A stretch of 64,000 nt of DNA, taken from the NCBI GenBank assembly GCA_963662285.2, contig CAXXMV010000003.1, forward strand, positions 96,001 to 160,000, given 5' to 3'. Of this stretch, positions 38,552 to 48,814 are shown piece after piece (the first letter of the stretch is position 1; every line of letters begins with the position of its first letter). The position numbers were made by a program, and so were the translations under genes. Under the pieces are notes generated by a model that saw only the letters and a program-made list of their open reading frames with translations, was not told the DNA's origin and did no database searches. Source of the stretch: a bacterium. Lineage in GTDB: Bacteria; Hinthialibacterota; Hinthialibacteria; Hinthialibacterales; Hinthialibacteraceae.

Positions 38552-39370
38552 TCATGTAGGGAATAGGCGTTCCATATCGCTCTGGTCGGGATTTCGTCCA
38601 TATTCACAAATTTCGAAAGCTTCGGCGAATTGAATGGTTTTGGCTTTGTCGGCGCCATATTGTTTACTTAGCGTGTCACGGGAGCATTCCGTAATCTGAG
38701 TTAGAAATGGCGTCCATATTTTAGGAAGCCATGCTCGGCGATCCGCATCCTCTTGGGGGACTGGTTCTGTAACTTTTTCAACATAGGGCAGCCATTCATA
38801 GAATTGCGAGCTATGGCAATGCATCATATCCCATTTTTTAGTCATAACGTCATCAACGGATATGGCTGCATCAGGTTGAAACGAATATGGCTTCTTGAAT
38901 TGATCCCAAAAATAGAAGAAAAATGGATTCTTGGTTAATGGAGCAGCTTCAGGGCAAATGGGAGGAACTGTAACCAGGTATGCTGAGTCCTGTACTAATG
39001 AACCGGTGTAGCGGTGGTCAGGGTGGTAATCGTTGGGGCGGTGCGAAAAGACTACATCTGCTTTCCATTCCCGAATCAAGCGAATAATCTGGTTGCGGGC
39101 TTCGAGAGATGGCAGCAGTTCTCCATCGTTAAAATCAAGCACCTCATATTCAATGCCCAGGATCCGGGCGGCGTTCTGGGTTTCCTTTAATCGTATTTTA
39201 GCGAGATTGTCTCTCGTTTCGATGTGGTGTCCGGCGTTTCCATTGGTGACAGATACGAATTTTACTGGATATCCGAGAGAGACGTATTTTGTTGCAAGGC
39301 CTCCGCAAATGATCTCGCAATCGTCAGGGTGCGCTCCAAAAGCGATGAGGCGAATTTTATCTTCAGACAT
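38552..39370 (-). CDS. PIG-L/LmbE family deacetylase
   Basis: GAHPDDCE, DYHPDH, HSSQ and FAEAFE. Confidence 0.9.
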   Translation of the reverse strand: MSEDKIRLIAFGAHPDDCEIICGGLATKYVSLGYPVKFVSVTNGNAGHHIETRDNLAKIRLKETQNAARILGIEYEVLDFNDGELLPSLEARNQIIRLIREWKADVVFSHRPNDYHPDHRYTGSLVQDSAYLVTVPPICPEAAPLTKNPFFFYFWDQFKKPYSFQPDAAISVDDVMTKKWDMMHCHSSQFYEWLPYVEKVTEPVPQEDADRRAWLPKIWTPFLTQITECSRDTLSKQYGADKAKTIQFAEAFEICEYGRNPDQSDMERLFPT

Positions 39371-39521
39371 AGTTGTTAACCTTGAAAGTATATTTGATAA
39401 CGGTACTGGATATTATGCGCTATATGAGTACATGAATCCAGATAGATGGAATGTAGGGGTAGTCTTGGCGCCAGTTTTGTATATTAGCGTGAGGGTGGTT
39501 GATGGGAGAGGGTGGATTTTT

Positions 39522-39551
39522 GGTGGGTCGGTGAGGCGCAACCCACCCTAC
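39522..39551 (-). repeat. GTAG-type REP, family B (degenerate)
   Basis: GGTGGGTCGGTGAGGCGCAACCCACCCTAC. Confidence 0.7.
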
Positions 39552-39592
39552 GCATAACCCGTATTAGGCGTTCCATATTATTAGCATCATTT

Positions 39593-42097
39593 TCACTTGG
39601 GCGGTTTTTCTATGAAATTGATTTTATAATTGAAGGAGTAACTCATATCATTATCCAGTATGGCTGGTTTTGTGGTCAGGTTTAGATGCGCCAGGGGGTA
39701 GCGGTCGCTCCACCAGAACGTAGGTTCCTGGTATTTATCAGGATCATAAGAGATTTTGACGCCATATTTTTTCTTATAGTTATAGAGAGCGTATCCGCCG
39801 CCTGCGGCATTCTTTAATAGACCGCTGTTGGGGCCTTCATCGTCTTTCCAGTCTTGGTTAAATTTGATCCACTTATTATCAAGAATGAAAGCGCCGACTT
39901 TGTCGCTGTCGTTGGTGGGTAAACCAGTGTTTATTTCGGGACGCACGCGGAACTGGTATTCTTTGGATTCATGGCCTTTATGATTGACTTGCGTTTCAAA
40001 TGATATAGTTTCATTTTGTAGGGCGATCTTTCTAGTGATGATAGAGCCGTCTTTTAAGGTTTTAGATAATAGTAATCCTGAATCTTGTTCACTTATCGAA
40101 AATTCAGCGGGGGCATTATGGTCGTAACCTTTTTCGCCCAGTTCCTGGAGGGTTGAATAATCAAACAAGTTTCTGAGGCAGCGAAATTCGGGTTGCATCA
40201 GGATATGCTTTTGGCTTGGTTTGTGAAATAACTCAACAATTTTACCGTTATCATCCGGCAGTATAATCAGGCGCCAGGTTTTATTCTCTAATGTTTCTGC
40301 TTTGAATCCATCCTTTGTAGTTTGTTGGAGAATTTTGTAATAATGGTCGATGGGCTGCCATTCTTCAGCTCGGGTTTGTCCGTGTTTCTTGGTGAGTTCA
40401 ATATATTTTGAGACGATATCGCCATATTTCTCAGGGAAAACGACGCGAAGTTTGTGGTTTTTGTTCTCCAATTGTCCGCCAGTTTCGAGCACTGATCGAT
40501 AGGCGCAGATTGAGGCTTTCTCTACCCGGTTGCGAATGGTTTCGTTTTCGGCTTTTTTTAGCGCTTGTTGGAAGAACCTGAAAATTCTGTCTGATGTTTT
40601 GGCGTTTAATCCCAGTTCAAACGGGGTGGGGAAGCAGGTTGGTTCGTAACCGGCTTTCTCTGCGTTGTCGTGCAGGAAGGTCAGATACTTAATTATGGTG
40701 TTGCCAGCTTTGCCGTAATGCAATTTACAGAATTCTTTGGCTAAACTCCAACTATCCAGTTGAGGATTCCACAGGCAACGCGACATGACGTAATTCCTCA
40801 AGTCGCACATTTCACCTGAATTTCCATTGCCGTTGGCCTGCATGAAAATGCCTTTGACATTGTTCTTGAGGAAATATTTTATGTTGGGTCCAATGGCGCG
40901 CAGGTTGGGGAAGGGAAGATCGTAAAACCTGAAATTGGTGTTGTAGTGCCAGACCCAGATATCATTACACATGCCGCCCCAAATGTCCATATCATTGCAG
41001 AACTCACGATTCTTTTCGCTTTCTGGATTATCCAAAGCGTAGAGCGTACAGCATTCGATGCTGCATAGTTGGATTTGAACGTTATGGCGTGGTTTAATGG
41101 TTTTGGGCGGTTTGCGGGTGTACCAGTAAGAAAGAGTTCCAATTTTTACATTGGGGTATTTCTTTTCGACGCGTTCCGCTACGGCGTTGACCAAGGCCAG
41201 ATGCGATCCCATGGGAGTTCCTTCGCGTTGGTTGATCGCCTCGCATTTGTCGCAACGGCAATAGGCGGCGTTGTCGTTTTGGCTCACGCTGTAATTTTTG
41301 AGAGTGGGATTTTTGTCCAGTTCTTTAATAACATTCTGCGCTACTATCTCAATCACTTCAGGATTGGTTACGCATAGTTCCGGGCCGCCGCCTCCCATTT
41401 CCAATTTTCGTTCTCCATCAACCAGGGCGAAATATTCGGGGTGATCTTTGCCGTATTTTTCAACTGGCAATAAATGATTAAACGAGTGGCTAATCAGATT
41501 CTGCCGCGTAACGCCGCCGTATTTTTCGTCATGAGTCGTGGTGTTGACGCGCAGACGGGCGGCTAAATCCTGATGATCCGCGTTTTCTTTGTAATAACTC
41601 CAACGGAAGGTGAATGACGGTTTGTATGACCATTCTTCGCAGGGGATATTTTTTTGTGGATTGTCGGGAATGTACGTGTGATCGAAGGTCAGGAATCTGA
41701 TGTCCAGGTAACGTTCCATGAATTCATACACGCCGTACAATGTTCCCCGTGGTCGTCCACCGGCTATGATTATATTATCTTTGGTGATGCGTATGCGGAG
41801 TTCTTCTTCATTGAAGCCTTCTATATCAAAGCCAATGGCGCTGGAGCGCATGGCCGGGCTGGCGCCGATGAAAATATTATGAGTGGGATCGCCTGGCGCT
41901 TGCTTGATGGGCAGTTCAAAACCTGCGGCTTTTTTTATCAGGGCTTGAAATTCATTGGCGGCGTATTGTTCGCTTGGGATGGCGTCTTCCGCAGTAATAA
42001 TAGTCCATGATTTCAGGTCGGATAATTTTATGGTATCCTTGGCTGATGCTATATTGCTGATAAAAAGTAAGGTGAATAATACTATCCAGCGATGCAT
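39593..42097 (-). CDS. Secreted DUF4838-domain protein with GH67/GH20-like N-terminal domain
   Basis: Signal peptide, RGTLYGVYEF, HPEYFALVDG, LCVTNPEV and NDN..CRCDKC. Confidence 0.82.
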   Translation of the reverse strand: MHRWIVLFTLLFISNIASAKDTIKLSDLKSWTIITAEDAIPSEQYAANEFQALIKKAAGFELPIKQAPGDPTHNIFIGASPAMRSSAIGFDIEGFNEEELRIRITKDNIIIAGGRPRGTLYGVYEFMERYLDIRFLTFDHTYIPDNPQKNIPCEEWSYKPSFTFRWSYYKENADHQDLAARLRVNTTTHDEKYGGVTRQNLISHSFNHLLPVEKYGKDHPEYFALVDGERKLEMGGGGPELCVTNPEVIEIVAQNVIKELDKNPTLKNYSVSQNDNAAYCRCDKCEAINQREGTPMGSHLALVNAVAERVEKKYPNVKIGTLSYWYTRKPPKTIKPRHNVQIQLCSIECCTLYALDNPESEKNREFCNDMDIWGGMCNDIWVWHYNTNFRFYDLPFPNLRAIGPNIKYFLKNNVKGIFMQANGNGNSGEMCDLRNYVMSRCLWNPQLDSWSLAKEFCKLHYGKAGNTIIKYLTFLHDNAEKAGYEPTCFPTPFELGLNAKTSDRIFRFFQQALKKAENETIRNRVEKASICAYRSVLETGGQLENKNHKLRVVFPEKYGDIVSKYIELTKKHGQTRAEEWQPIDHYYKILQQTTKDGFKAETLENKTWRLIILPDDNGKIVELFHKPSQKHILMQPEFRCLRNLFDYSTLQELGEKGYDHNAPAEFSISEQDSGLLLSKTLKDGSIITRKIALQNETISFETQVNHKGHESKEYQFRVRPEINTGLPTNDSDKVGAFILDNKWIKFNQDWKDDEGPNSGLLKNAAGGGYALYNYKKKYGVKISYDPDKYQEPTFWWSDRYPLAHLNLTTKPAILDNDMSYSFNYKINFIEKPPK

Positions 42098-42206
42098 GGT
42101 ATTGAATCCTTTTCAGGTATTTTTAACTTTAATATCATATTGTTAAATCAAAGTAACAAATATTATTGACAATTGCAAGCGGATGACAAAAAACTGAAGA
42201 AGAATT

Positions 42207-43379
42207 GTGGAAAATATAATGAACCGAATTGAATCTGTAGTGCGGTTGTATGTTGTCGGGGGATTTTTGGGAGCGGGGAAGACTACTGCCTTGACTGCGC
42301 TTGCAGCCCACTTTATTAGACAGAAGAAACGCGTGGCGGTTATCACTAATGACCGGACTGATGGATTGGTGGATAGCGATATCATGCGAACCTTAGGGAT
42401 AAATTACCGTGAAATTTCAGGCGCCTGCATCTGCGCCCGGTTCAGGGATTTTCTGAGTGCTGCTGATGCGTTGTTGGAGAAGCATCAACCTCATGTCATT
42501 CTGGCTGAGCCGGTAGGATCGGCGGCCGATTTGATATCCACCGTCATCAGGCCTTTACGCGCTTATACCCAAAACCGTTATGAAATCATGCCGTTGACTG
42601 TTCTGGCTGATCCAGTGCGGGTCTGTGAAATGCTGGGTGATGAGCATAATCCTGATGAAGAAAGCGCGTGGCCTGAGGATATTAAACAATTATATGATAG
42701 GCAATTGAGTGAAGCGGATCGCATTTTGATGACCAAGACTGATGCGGTTGATGAAGAGACCATTGCTAAATCTCATGCCATATTAAAGAAACTTTATGCT
42801 ACTCAAAATCCATTGATTGGCATCCAAACATTTTCGGCGTTAACCGGGGAAGGTCTGGTTGAATGGCTGCAAGCGCTGGATGACTTTGATGCGTCGAAAT
42901 CGTCTGAGATTAAGAACTCTGATCTTGATCACTCATCAGCCGAATCTGCTTTGGGATGGGTTAATCTAGAGGTTAAATTGATCCCCCGGAATGAGGATCA
43001 TGACGTTGACGACAGTTTGGATGGAGTGGCATTGATACAGGGCTTTTTTCATCGGTTGCATGAGCGGATGCAAGGCGCCCCTATCGGGCATTTGAAACTC
43101 TTCGCTTCCATGAATAATAAATTGCTCAAAGCCAATGTGGTGGATTGGCGCAGGGGATATCAAATAGAAAATATGAATGCTTCTGAATTTGTTGTTGATA
43201 AATCGCATATCAGGATTAACCTACGGGCGGTTATGGATCATACGCAACTTGAGCGGATTGCCATTGATTCAGTTTTCGAGGCTGCTGGTTTTCAGAATAG
43301 TACGGTTGAAGTGATTAAATTATTGTCGGTTAAGCCGGATCGTCCGGAACCTACTTACCGAATTGGTCGCTTAACTTAA
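42207..43379 (+). CDS. CobW/HypB/UreG (G3E) family GTPase
   Basis: GGFLGAGKTT, ITND, GACIC, AEPVGS, TKTD and IGHLK. Confidence 0.85.
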   Translation: MENIMNRIESVVRLYVVGGFLGAGKTTALTALAAHFIRQKKRVAVITNDRTDGLVDSDIMRTLGINYREISGACICARFRDFLSAADALLEKHQPHVILAEPVGSAADLISTVIRPLRAYTQNRYEIMPLTVLADPVRVCEMLGDEHNPDEESAWPEDIKQLYDRQLSEADRILMTKTDAVDEETIAKSHAILKKLYATQNPLIGIQTFSALTGEGLVEWLQALDDFDASKSSEIKNSDLDHSSAESALGWVNLEVKLIPRNEDHDVDDSLDGVALIQGFFHRLHERMQGAPIGHLKLFASMNNKLLKANVVDWRRGYQIENMNASEFVVDKSHIRINLRAVMDHTQLERIAIDSVFEAAGFQNSTVEVIKLLSVKPDRPEPTYRIGRLT

Positions 43380-43381
43380 GT

Positions 43382-43639
43382 TATTCTTGGTGGGCTACGC
43401 TTCGCTTTTAGCCCACCCTACGCGTAGGTAAATTAAATCAAGGGCTGACTGCATTGCGGTCTTGACCTGGGCGGCCATGCTCTCCAGTGGGAGAGGGGAT
43501 AACTCGGTTAATTTTATGACATTGCCATGAAAGGCGCCCCTACGATTTCGAATAAAAAAACCTGTTTATCCTTAAATCCTGTAAATCCTGATTCAGACAA
43601 AACAACCCCCCTCTAACTCCCCCCAACTTGGGGGGAGAA
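43382..43639. repeat. Mosaic repeat cluster (B, C, D core, partial A, AAATCCTG unit, CCCCCCTCTAACTCCCCCC palindrome)
   Basis: B at 43389-43421, C at ~43438-43472 and further motifs up to 43639, between convergent genes. Confidence 0.8.
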
Positions 43640-43647
43640 TGTAAGGC

Positions 43648-44904
43648 TTAGATTTTTATGGGGATTAACCTTTGGTTTTCATCGAATTCCATATCATATA
43701 GATCGGATATGCCGGAGACGTTTGGATGATTCTTTAATTCTGGTAGTAACGCTTCAGAGGCTTCGATTCGGGTCAGACTCAAGGTGTCTCTAATACGGAG
43801 CAAGCGCACTTTTTCTGTAGAGATATCGCCGATGGAAATTAGCATTTGCTCCATCATCTCGCGGTCGGTATCGAAATGAAGGGGGATGTTAGAGCAGACG
43901 GTGTTGCGTGATGTTACGGCGTTGAGGTAAGTGAAGCGTTTGTTAATTTTGTTAACCAACGTTGTGCTGCAGAAATCGGCCAGACCTACTCCGACCGCGT
44001 TGCCCATTGATTCCGGCGTAATATCCATTACCGCAAGACGGGTTATGTTTGGATTGTCCGGCCAATGCCGATTGATGCGGTATCGTCGTCCGGTGATATT
44101 AGGATCGATTCCCACGCCGCTTATGTTTTTGCCTAGGCGGTCGATTATCAGAATGTCCGCTTCCTCGACTGGAAGCGATGGCATGAGTTTTTTTGAGTAA
44201 AGTAGAAGTTCTTTTTCCCTTAACTCAATGTGATCGGGTGGTATGGCTTCGATGGCAGCCGTCTGGTGATATGCGTTTTCTATAATGGCTATGCCGCATA
44301 ATATTTTACCTGTTGCTATGACCTTGCGGGCGATGGTCTGTACCAAGTAGTCGTATGAGTGACCCGCCGTGCGGCTGTGGAAAGTTTTGGCGCCATCAAT
44401 TTTTCCCATACCAACCGTAATCATTTTCATTAATCCGCTCTCTACTTCGCCAGTGAAATCGGTATGGGGTTTTATGCGGTTGATAACCACCACGCCATCT
44501 GATTCAAAAGCGGTTTTTGCGATATTGACTGGTAATCCGTCTACCGTTTCACCGATGCAGACCGTCTCCATAGAAGCAAGTATGGGGACATCCATTGATT
44601 CCGGCGTGATGTCATAATCAGACAGAATATGCAACTGACCTTCAGAGGTTGCTCCGCCGTGAGAACCCATGGCGGGAATGATGAATGGCTTGCCGCCCTT
44701 TTGGCGGATGGTTTTGATAAGAGTTTTGAGCATATCCGCCATGTTGCTGATGCCCCGGCTGCCGGCGGTTATGGCAATTCGTTTTCCTGAGATTTTATCA
44801 TCAGAAACGATGCCGTTGAATGAATTGGATATCTCTTGTTCGGTTGATTCTACAAATGGTTTTGGGAATTTTTGATCGATTCTGGCTATGCGGGGAAAAT
44901 TCAT
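43648..44904 (-). CDS. Lactate-racemase (LarA) N-terminal-domain-like protein
   Basis: IAITAGSRGI, PAMGSHGGAT, INRIKPHTDF, ESGLMKM and GKNISGVGIDPN. Confidence 0.8.
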   Translation of the reverse strand: MNFPRIARIDQKFPKPFVESTEQEISNSFNGIVSDDKISGKRIAITAGSRGISNMADMLKTLIKTIRQKGGKPFIIPAMGSHGGATSEGQLHILSDYDITPESMDVPILASMETVCIGETVDGLPVNIAKTAFESDGVVVINRIKPHTDFTGEVESGLMKMITVGMGKIDGAKTFHSRTAGHSYDYLVQTIARKVIATGKILCGIAIIENAYHQTAAIEAIPPDHIELREKELLLYSKKLMPSLPVEEADILIIDRLGKNISGVGIDPNITGRRYRINRHWPDNPNITRLAVMDITPESMGNAVGVGLADFCSTTLVNKINKRFTYLNAVTSRNTVCSNIPLHFDTDREMMEQMLISIGDISTEKVRLLRIRDTLSLTRIEASEALLPELKNHPNVSGISDLYDMEFDENQRLIPIKI

Positions 44905-44935
44905 GGTTTGGTTCTTTTCTGGGGTTTTGGATATC

Positions 44936-45024
44936 GGGCGCCCATAAAAGGCGCCCCTACGTTTGTAATTGCGGGCATTGATTATTTCACCCTCACCCTA
45001 GCCCACTCCCGTGGGAAGAGGGGA
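44936..45024. repeat. Family A (reverse) plus family D repeats
   Basis: GGGCGCCCATAAAAGGCGCCCCTAC and CCCTCACCCTAGCCCACTCCCGTGGGAAGAGGGGA. Confidence 0.75.
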
Positions 45025-45041
45025 CAAGAATATTTTATACA

Positions 45042-46379
45042 TTAGTTGAAAAGTTGATAAGCCGAACGGGCGGCCATGTATCCTATGGAGGCTACGCTGA
45101 TCCATAGAGTGGCATCATACAGAATTGACGGGCGTAATGCTGCAATGGCGTTGCGATAGCGGAATACCAGCGCTTGATAGGCAACGACCAGTAAATATAT
45201 AGTGTTGCTGATTCCCATCAGAACCACCAGAAAGAGAGGTTTTTGGATCAGCAGGAAAATCGTTCCGCTTATGAGAGGGAAAACCCATGCCATCACTGCG
45301 ATGGATCTGATGCGTTGTTTGGGATCATTCCAGTCGATTATACGGAAGAGGCCAAAAGCGTCAGTCCATAGTCGGGAGAAGCCTGCGGTGTTGGAGAAGA
45401 TGGTTGAATAGAGAACAGTAAACGCACAGATCATGAATACATTACGCGTTCCTTCTCCCAGCGATTCGGTGAACAGGTTTGATAGTTGAAGAATTAATTC
45501 ATTACCGTCGGCTATAGTTGCCTGGGTTGATAGTATGGCGGCGCCGAGAATGTAGAAAGCGCAGGTAGTGATAGTGTATATCACCATAGATACTAAAGCG
45601 TCAAAGGTCATGACGCGTATCCAGCCCCGCGCCCGTTGCGCCCATTCCGGCGACCCGTCATTGGGGCCGGTCCAGGCGGCGTAGCCTTTTTCGATGCACC
45701 AGTAGGGATAGGTGGTTATTTCGCCTGAAGCGACGCCGGTTATGCCAAAGGCGGTTAGTGCGAATACAAGCGCATTAGACGGAAGATGAAAGGTTAATCC
45801 ACTGGCCAGGTCACTCAGTGAAAATGCATAGTCCGTGCTTTGGATGGCGAAGACGCAATAGAGGATAGCCGAGGCAAACAAGACGTTGAACAAGGTTGCG
45901 ATTTTCTCTATCGGCCCATACTTGCCATGAAAAACCAGCAGGCCAATGGATATCACTATTATCATAGACCATGCCTCGGTCGAGATTGACGGGAACATGA
46001 AAGCGGCGGATTGCGCGGCGCCGCCCAGTACGCCTCCCTGACCGGCGAAATTGCTCAGCATGAATAGTACGCCGCAATAGACTGACCAATGAACCTTGGA
46101 TATCTTAAAGCGGCCTACTTTGTTCCAGGCCTGGAATGAGGGCAGGCCGTGTGATATGCAATAGCGGCCATATTCCAATTGCACGGCGACTTTGACCAGG
46201 CAACCGAGAAGAATGACCCAGAGTAATGTATATCCTGCTTTAGCGCCAAGTGATGTTGTGGCGATTAATTCACCTGATCCAACGATGGCGGCGGAGAGGA
46301 TTAAGCCCGGGCCTAGGTAGCGCAGAGACGAGAAGAATCCGGTGGGTGGATTTTGTATTTCAGAATTGGTTTGGTTCAT
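45042..46379 (-). CDS. NRAMP-like family transporter
   Basis: LGPGLILSAAIVGSGEL, GYTLLW and YPYWCIEKGY; about 11 TM helices. Confidence 0.85.
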   Translation of the reverse strand: MNQTNSEIQNPPTGFFSSLRYLGPGLILSAAIVGSGELIATTSLGAKAGYTLLWVILLGCLVKVAVQLEYGRYCISHGLPSFQAWNKVGRFKISKVHWSVYCGVLFMLSNFAGQGGVLGGAAQSAAFMFPSISTEAWSMIIVISIGLLVFHGKYGPIEKIATLFNVLFASAILYCVFAIQSTDYAFSLSDLASGLTFHLPSNALVFALTAFGITGVASGEITTYPYWCIEKGYAAWTGPNDGSPEWAQRARGWIRVMTFDALVSMVIYTITTCAFYILGAAILSTQATIADGNELILQLSNLFTESLGEGTRNVFMICAFTVLYSTIFSNTAGFSRLWTDAFGLFRIIDWNDPKQRIRSIAVMAWVFPLISGTIFLLIQKPLFLVVLMGISNTIYLLVVAYQALVFRYRNAIAALRPSILYDATLWISVASIGYMAARSAYQLFN

Positions 46380-46441
46380 GTCGATCTAACCTTGGCTGTT
46401 CTTTGTGAACCAGGGGATGTTTTGAAATCGAAAGTGATTGC

Positions 46442-46482
46442 ATCAAGGGCTGACCGCGATGCGGTCTTGCCCTTGCCACCCG
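46442..46482 (+). repeat. Family C palindrome
   Basis: ATCAAGGGCTGACCGCGATGCGGTCTTGCCCTTGCCACCCG. Confidence 0.85.
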
Positions 46483-46624
46483 GTCTTAACCTATATGATC
46501 AACAATGATCTTAATATATTCAGTAATTATTATCCACCTTAATAAAACAAAAACCACCGCCGGGTGGTAACTGTCTCCCGGCGGCGGTATCATATATAAG
46601 GAGTAAAAAGCAATATCGACCAGA

Positions 46625-47227
46625 TTATTTTACTGATTGTTTACTACCAGGGTACTTTGTTCCCATAAATGATGTAAAGGATGAATGTTTATCAGAAATT
46701 TCAACAGTTACTGAATTCGAGGTAGCGTTGCATGTTCGTTGATTTTGAAAATCTGTAAATGAACATGTTGCTGATATGACGTATTCACCGCAGATAGACA
46801 TATCATAATACCTGTTGATCAAGCGATGATTTTCCAGTGTTTTTCCCGGACTCAAAGAAATCATTTTCCCTGAACTGATTAGTCCCTTGTTTATTGGATC
46901 ATTTTGGATTTTACTCATATACTCGGTATAAGGCGCCTTTTTTCCGTTTCTAAAGACCGATAAATGAAAATTTCTGCAAAACTCAGATCCAATGGGAACA
47001 TCCGTAGTGACATCGTCTATATTTTTTATGGCTACAGAAATTAAGATTGGTTCAGCTGGCCCGTATTGTTTTTCTTCAATAGCAACTTTTAATTGAAGAA
47101 AATTACTATTTATATGTGTAGAAGGTAAATCAGGTATTTCTGCTTTTGAACCTTCATCACAAAAATTGATAGTTTGAATTCCGATTACAATAAAAACTGT
47201 TAATACTAAATAAGCAATTTTGTTCAT
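46625..47227 (-). CDS. Hypothetical secreted protein, probable Ig-like fold
   Basis: GAGG RBS, signal peptide, EPILISVAIKN...LSPG...GEYVISA...SNSVTVEI pattern; hairpin terminator at ~46545-46589. Confidence 0.7.
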   Translation of the reverse strand: MNKIAYLVLTVFIVIGIQTINFCDEGSKAEIPDLPSTHINSNFLQLKVAIEEKQYGPAEPILISVAIKNIDDVTTDVPIGSEFCRNFHLSVFRNGKKAPYTEYMSKIQNDPINKGLISSGKMISLSPGKTLENHRLINRYYDMSICGEYVISATCSFTDFQNQRTCNATSNSVTVEISDKHSSFTSFMGTKYPGSKQSVK

Positions 47228-47322
47228 GATTACCTCGTATTTTTAGCAGACGCCAAGGACAAAAAGAATGCCGCAGAGCATGAAATCTCTGCGGCCATAA
47301 ACGAAGTGTAAAACGAAATCGG

Positions 47323-48624
47323 TTATACGATTTCTGGAACAACGAATTCTCCACGGTAGTTGCGTTTGAGGAATTCGTTGGCGTAATCGTTATTTCTGAA
47401 GCGTTCGGTTGATGGATCGAAATCAAGCGTATCGCCTACGCGGAAGGCGACATTACCTAGATGAGCGATAGTCGATGAAAGGTGTATAGTTTCAACAGGT
47501 CCGTTTTGATCGGACATCTTGCGGCTGCGGATTGCTTTATGGAAGTTAGTGAAATGGTCAATTTCGTCACCTTCTTTTCCTTTTGGACCGGGTTCATTCT
47601 TACTGCCCAAATAGGTTTCGAATGAATTATATCCCTTGATAACCATATAACCTTTTTCGCCATAGAAGATATTACCGACCGTGGCGCCGCTTTCAGAATT
47701 GGTGTTCCAGGGACGAGTTTCGAATTGGACCATCTTGTTGAGTCTGGTGTACTTGTAGAGAGTGGAAAGCAGCTCGGGAGTTTCCTTGTCGTCATCCCAC
47801 AGGAACTTACCTCCCATTGCGCATACTTTGTCAGGATGGGTCTCTACACCGAGTCCCCAGAGGCACATATCGGTTTCGTGAACGCCCTGGTTGCCGACGT
47901 CGCCGTTGCCGAAGTCCCAATGCCAATGCCAGTTATAGTGAACCAGATTTTCGGTATATGGACGCCACTGCGCAGGTCCGAGCCACAGGTTGTAATCGAT
48001 GTAATCTGGAACCCATTTAGACGGTTTTCTGCCAATTGACGGTCTAGTGCGGTAGCATAGACCACGAGCTAGATATGGTTCGCCGATGACTCCCTCGCGC
48101 AGCAGTTGGACGGCTTGTTGCAGAGCCGGGGAACTACGCAGCTGGACGCCATGCTGGACGATGCGTTTATACTTATAAGCCGCTTCGATCATCTTGCGGC
48201 CTTCATATATATTATGCGATCCAGGTTTTTCTACATAAACGTCTTTGCCCGCCTGACAGGCCCAGATTGTTGCCAGAGCATGCCAGTGGTTGGGGGTAGC
48301 GATGCTGACGGCGTTGACATCCTTATCGGCGAAGACGTCGCGCATGTCGACGTATGTTTTGACATCTTTGTTGTAGGTTTTTTTGAACTCGCTAGCGCGT
48401 TCGGCCAAGACGTGTTTGTCGATATCGCACAAGGCGACGACTTCGACATTTTCGGATGACTGATGATTTCTGATATGTCTTCCACCGCGTCCATGTATAC
48501 CGATTACGCCTATGTTAATCCGGTCATTGGCGCCGGCCCATGATTGGGACGTCCCAATCAATTGACCTGCCGCTAAAGCGCCCGCTGTACTTTTTACAAA
48601 TGATCTTCGGTTGACATTTCCCAT
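47323..48624 (-). CDS. Tat-exported Gfo/Idh/MocA oxidoreductase
   Basis: NRRSFVK, IGVIGIHGRG, ATPNHWH, DVYVEKP and NQGVH. Confidence 0.92.
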   Translation of the reverse strand: MGNVNRRSFVKSTAGALAAGQLIGTSQSWAGANDRINIGVIGIHGRGGRHIRNHQSSENVEVVALCDIDKHVLAERASEFKKTYNKDVKTYVDMRDVFADKDVNAVSIATPNHWHALATIWACQAGKDVYVEKPGSHNIYEGRKMIEAAYKYKRIVQHGVQLRSSPALQQAVQLLREGVIGEPYLARGLCYRTRPSIGRKPSKWVPDYIDYNLWLGPAQWRPYTENLVHYNWHWHWDFGNGDVGNQGVHETDMCLWGLGVETHPDKVCAMGGKFLWDDDKETPELLSTLYKYTRLNKMVQFETRPWNTNSESGATVGNIFYGEKGYMVIKGYNSFETYLGSKNEPGPKGKEGDEIDHFTNFHKAIRSRKMSDQNGPVETIHLSSTIAHLGNVAFRVGDTLDFDPSTERFRNNDYANEFLKRNYRGEFVVPEIV

Positions 48625-48814
48625 TTTGTTCTCCCATAAATATATTGCTTCTGATAGCGTTAACGTTAATCTCTCAATAATAAATTAGCAGATTCAATGA
48701 ATGTCGGAAAGGTTTGTAGAATGATATCGTTGGACGTTAATTACATTTATTGTAATATGGTTGTAACCATCAGTTTTTCTTTTCAAAATAACGTGCAAGT
48801 GGAATGCGGCTGGA

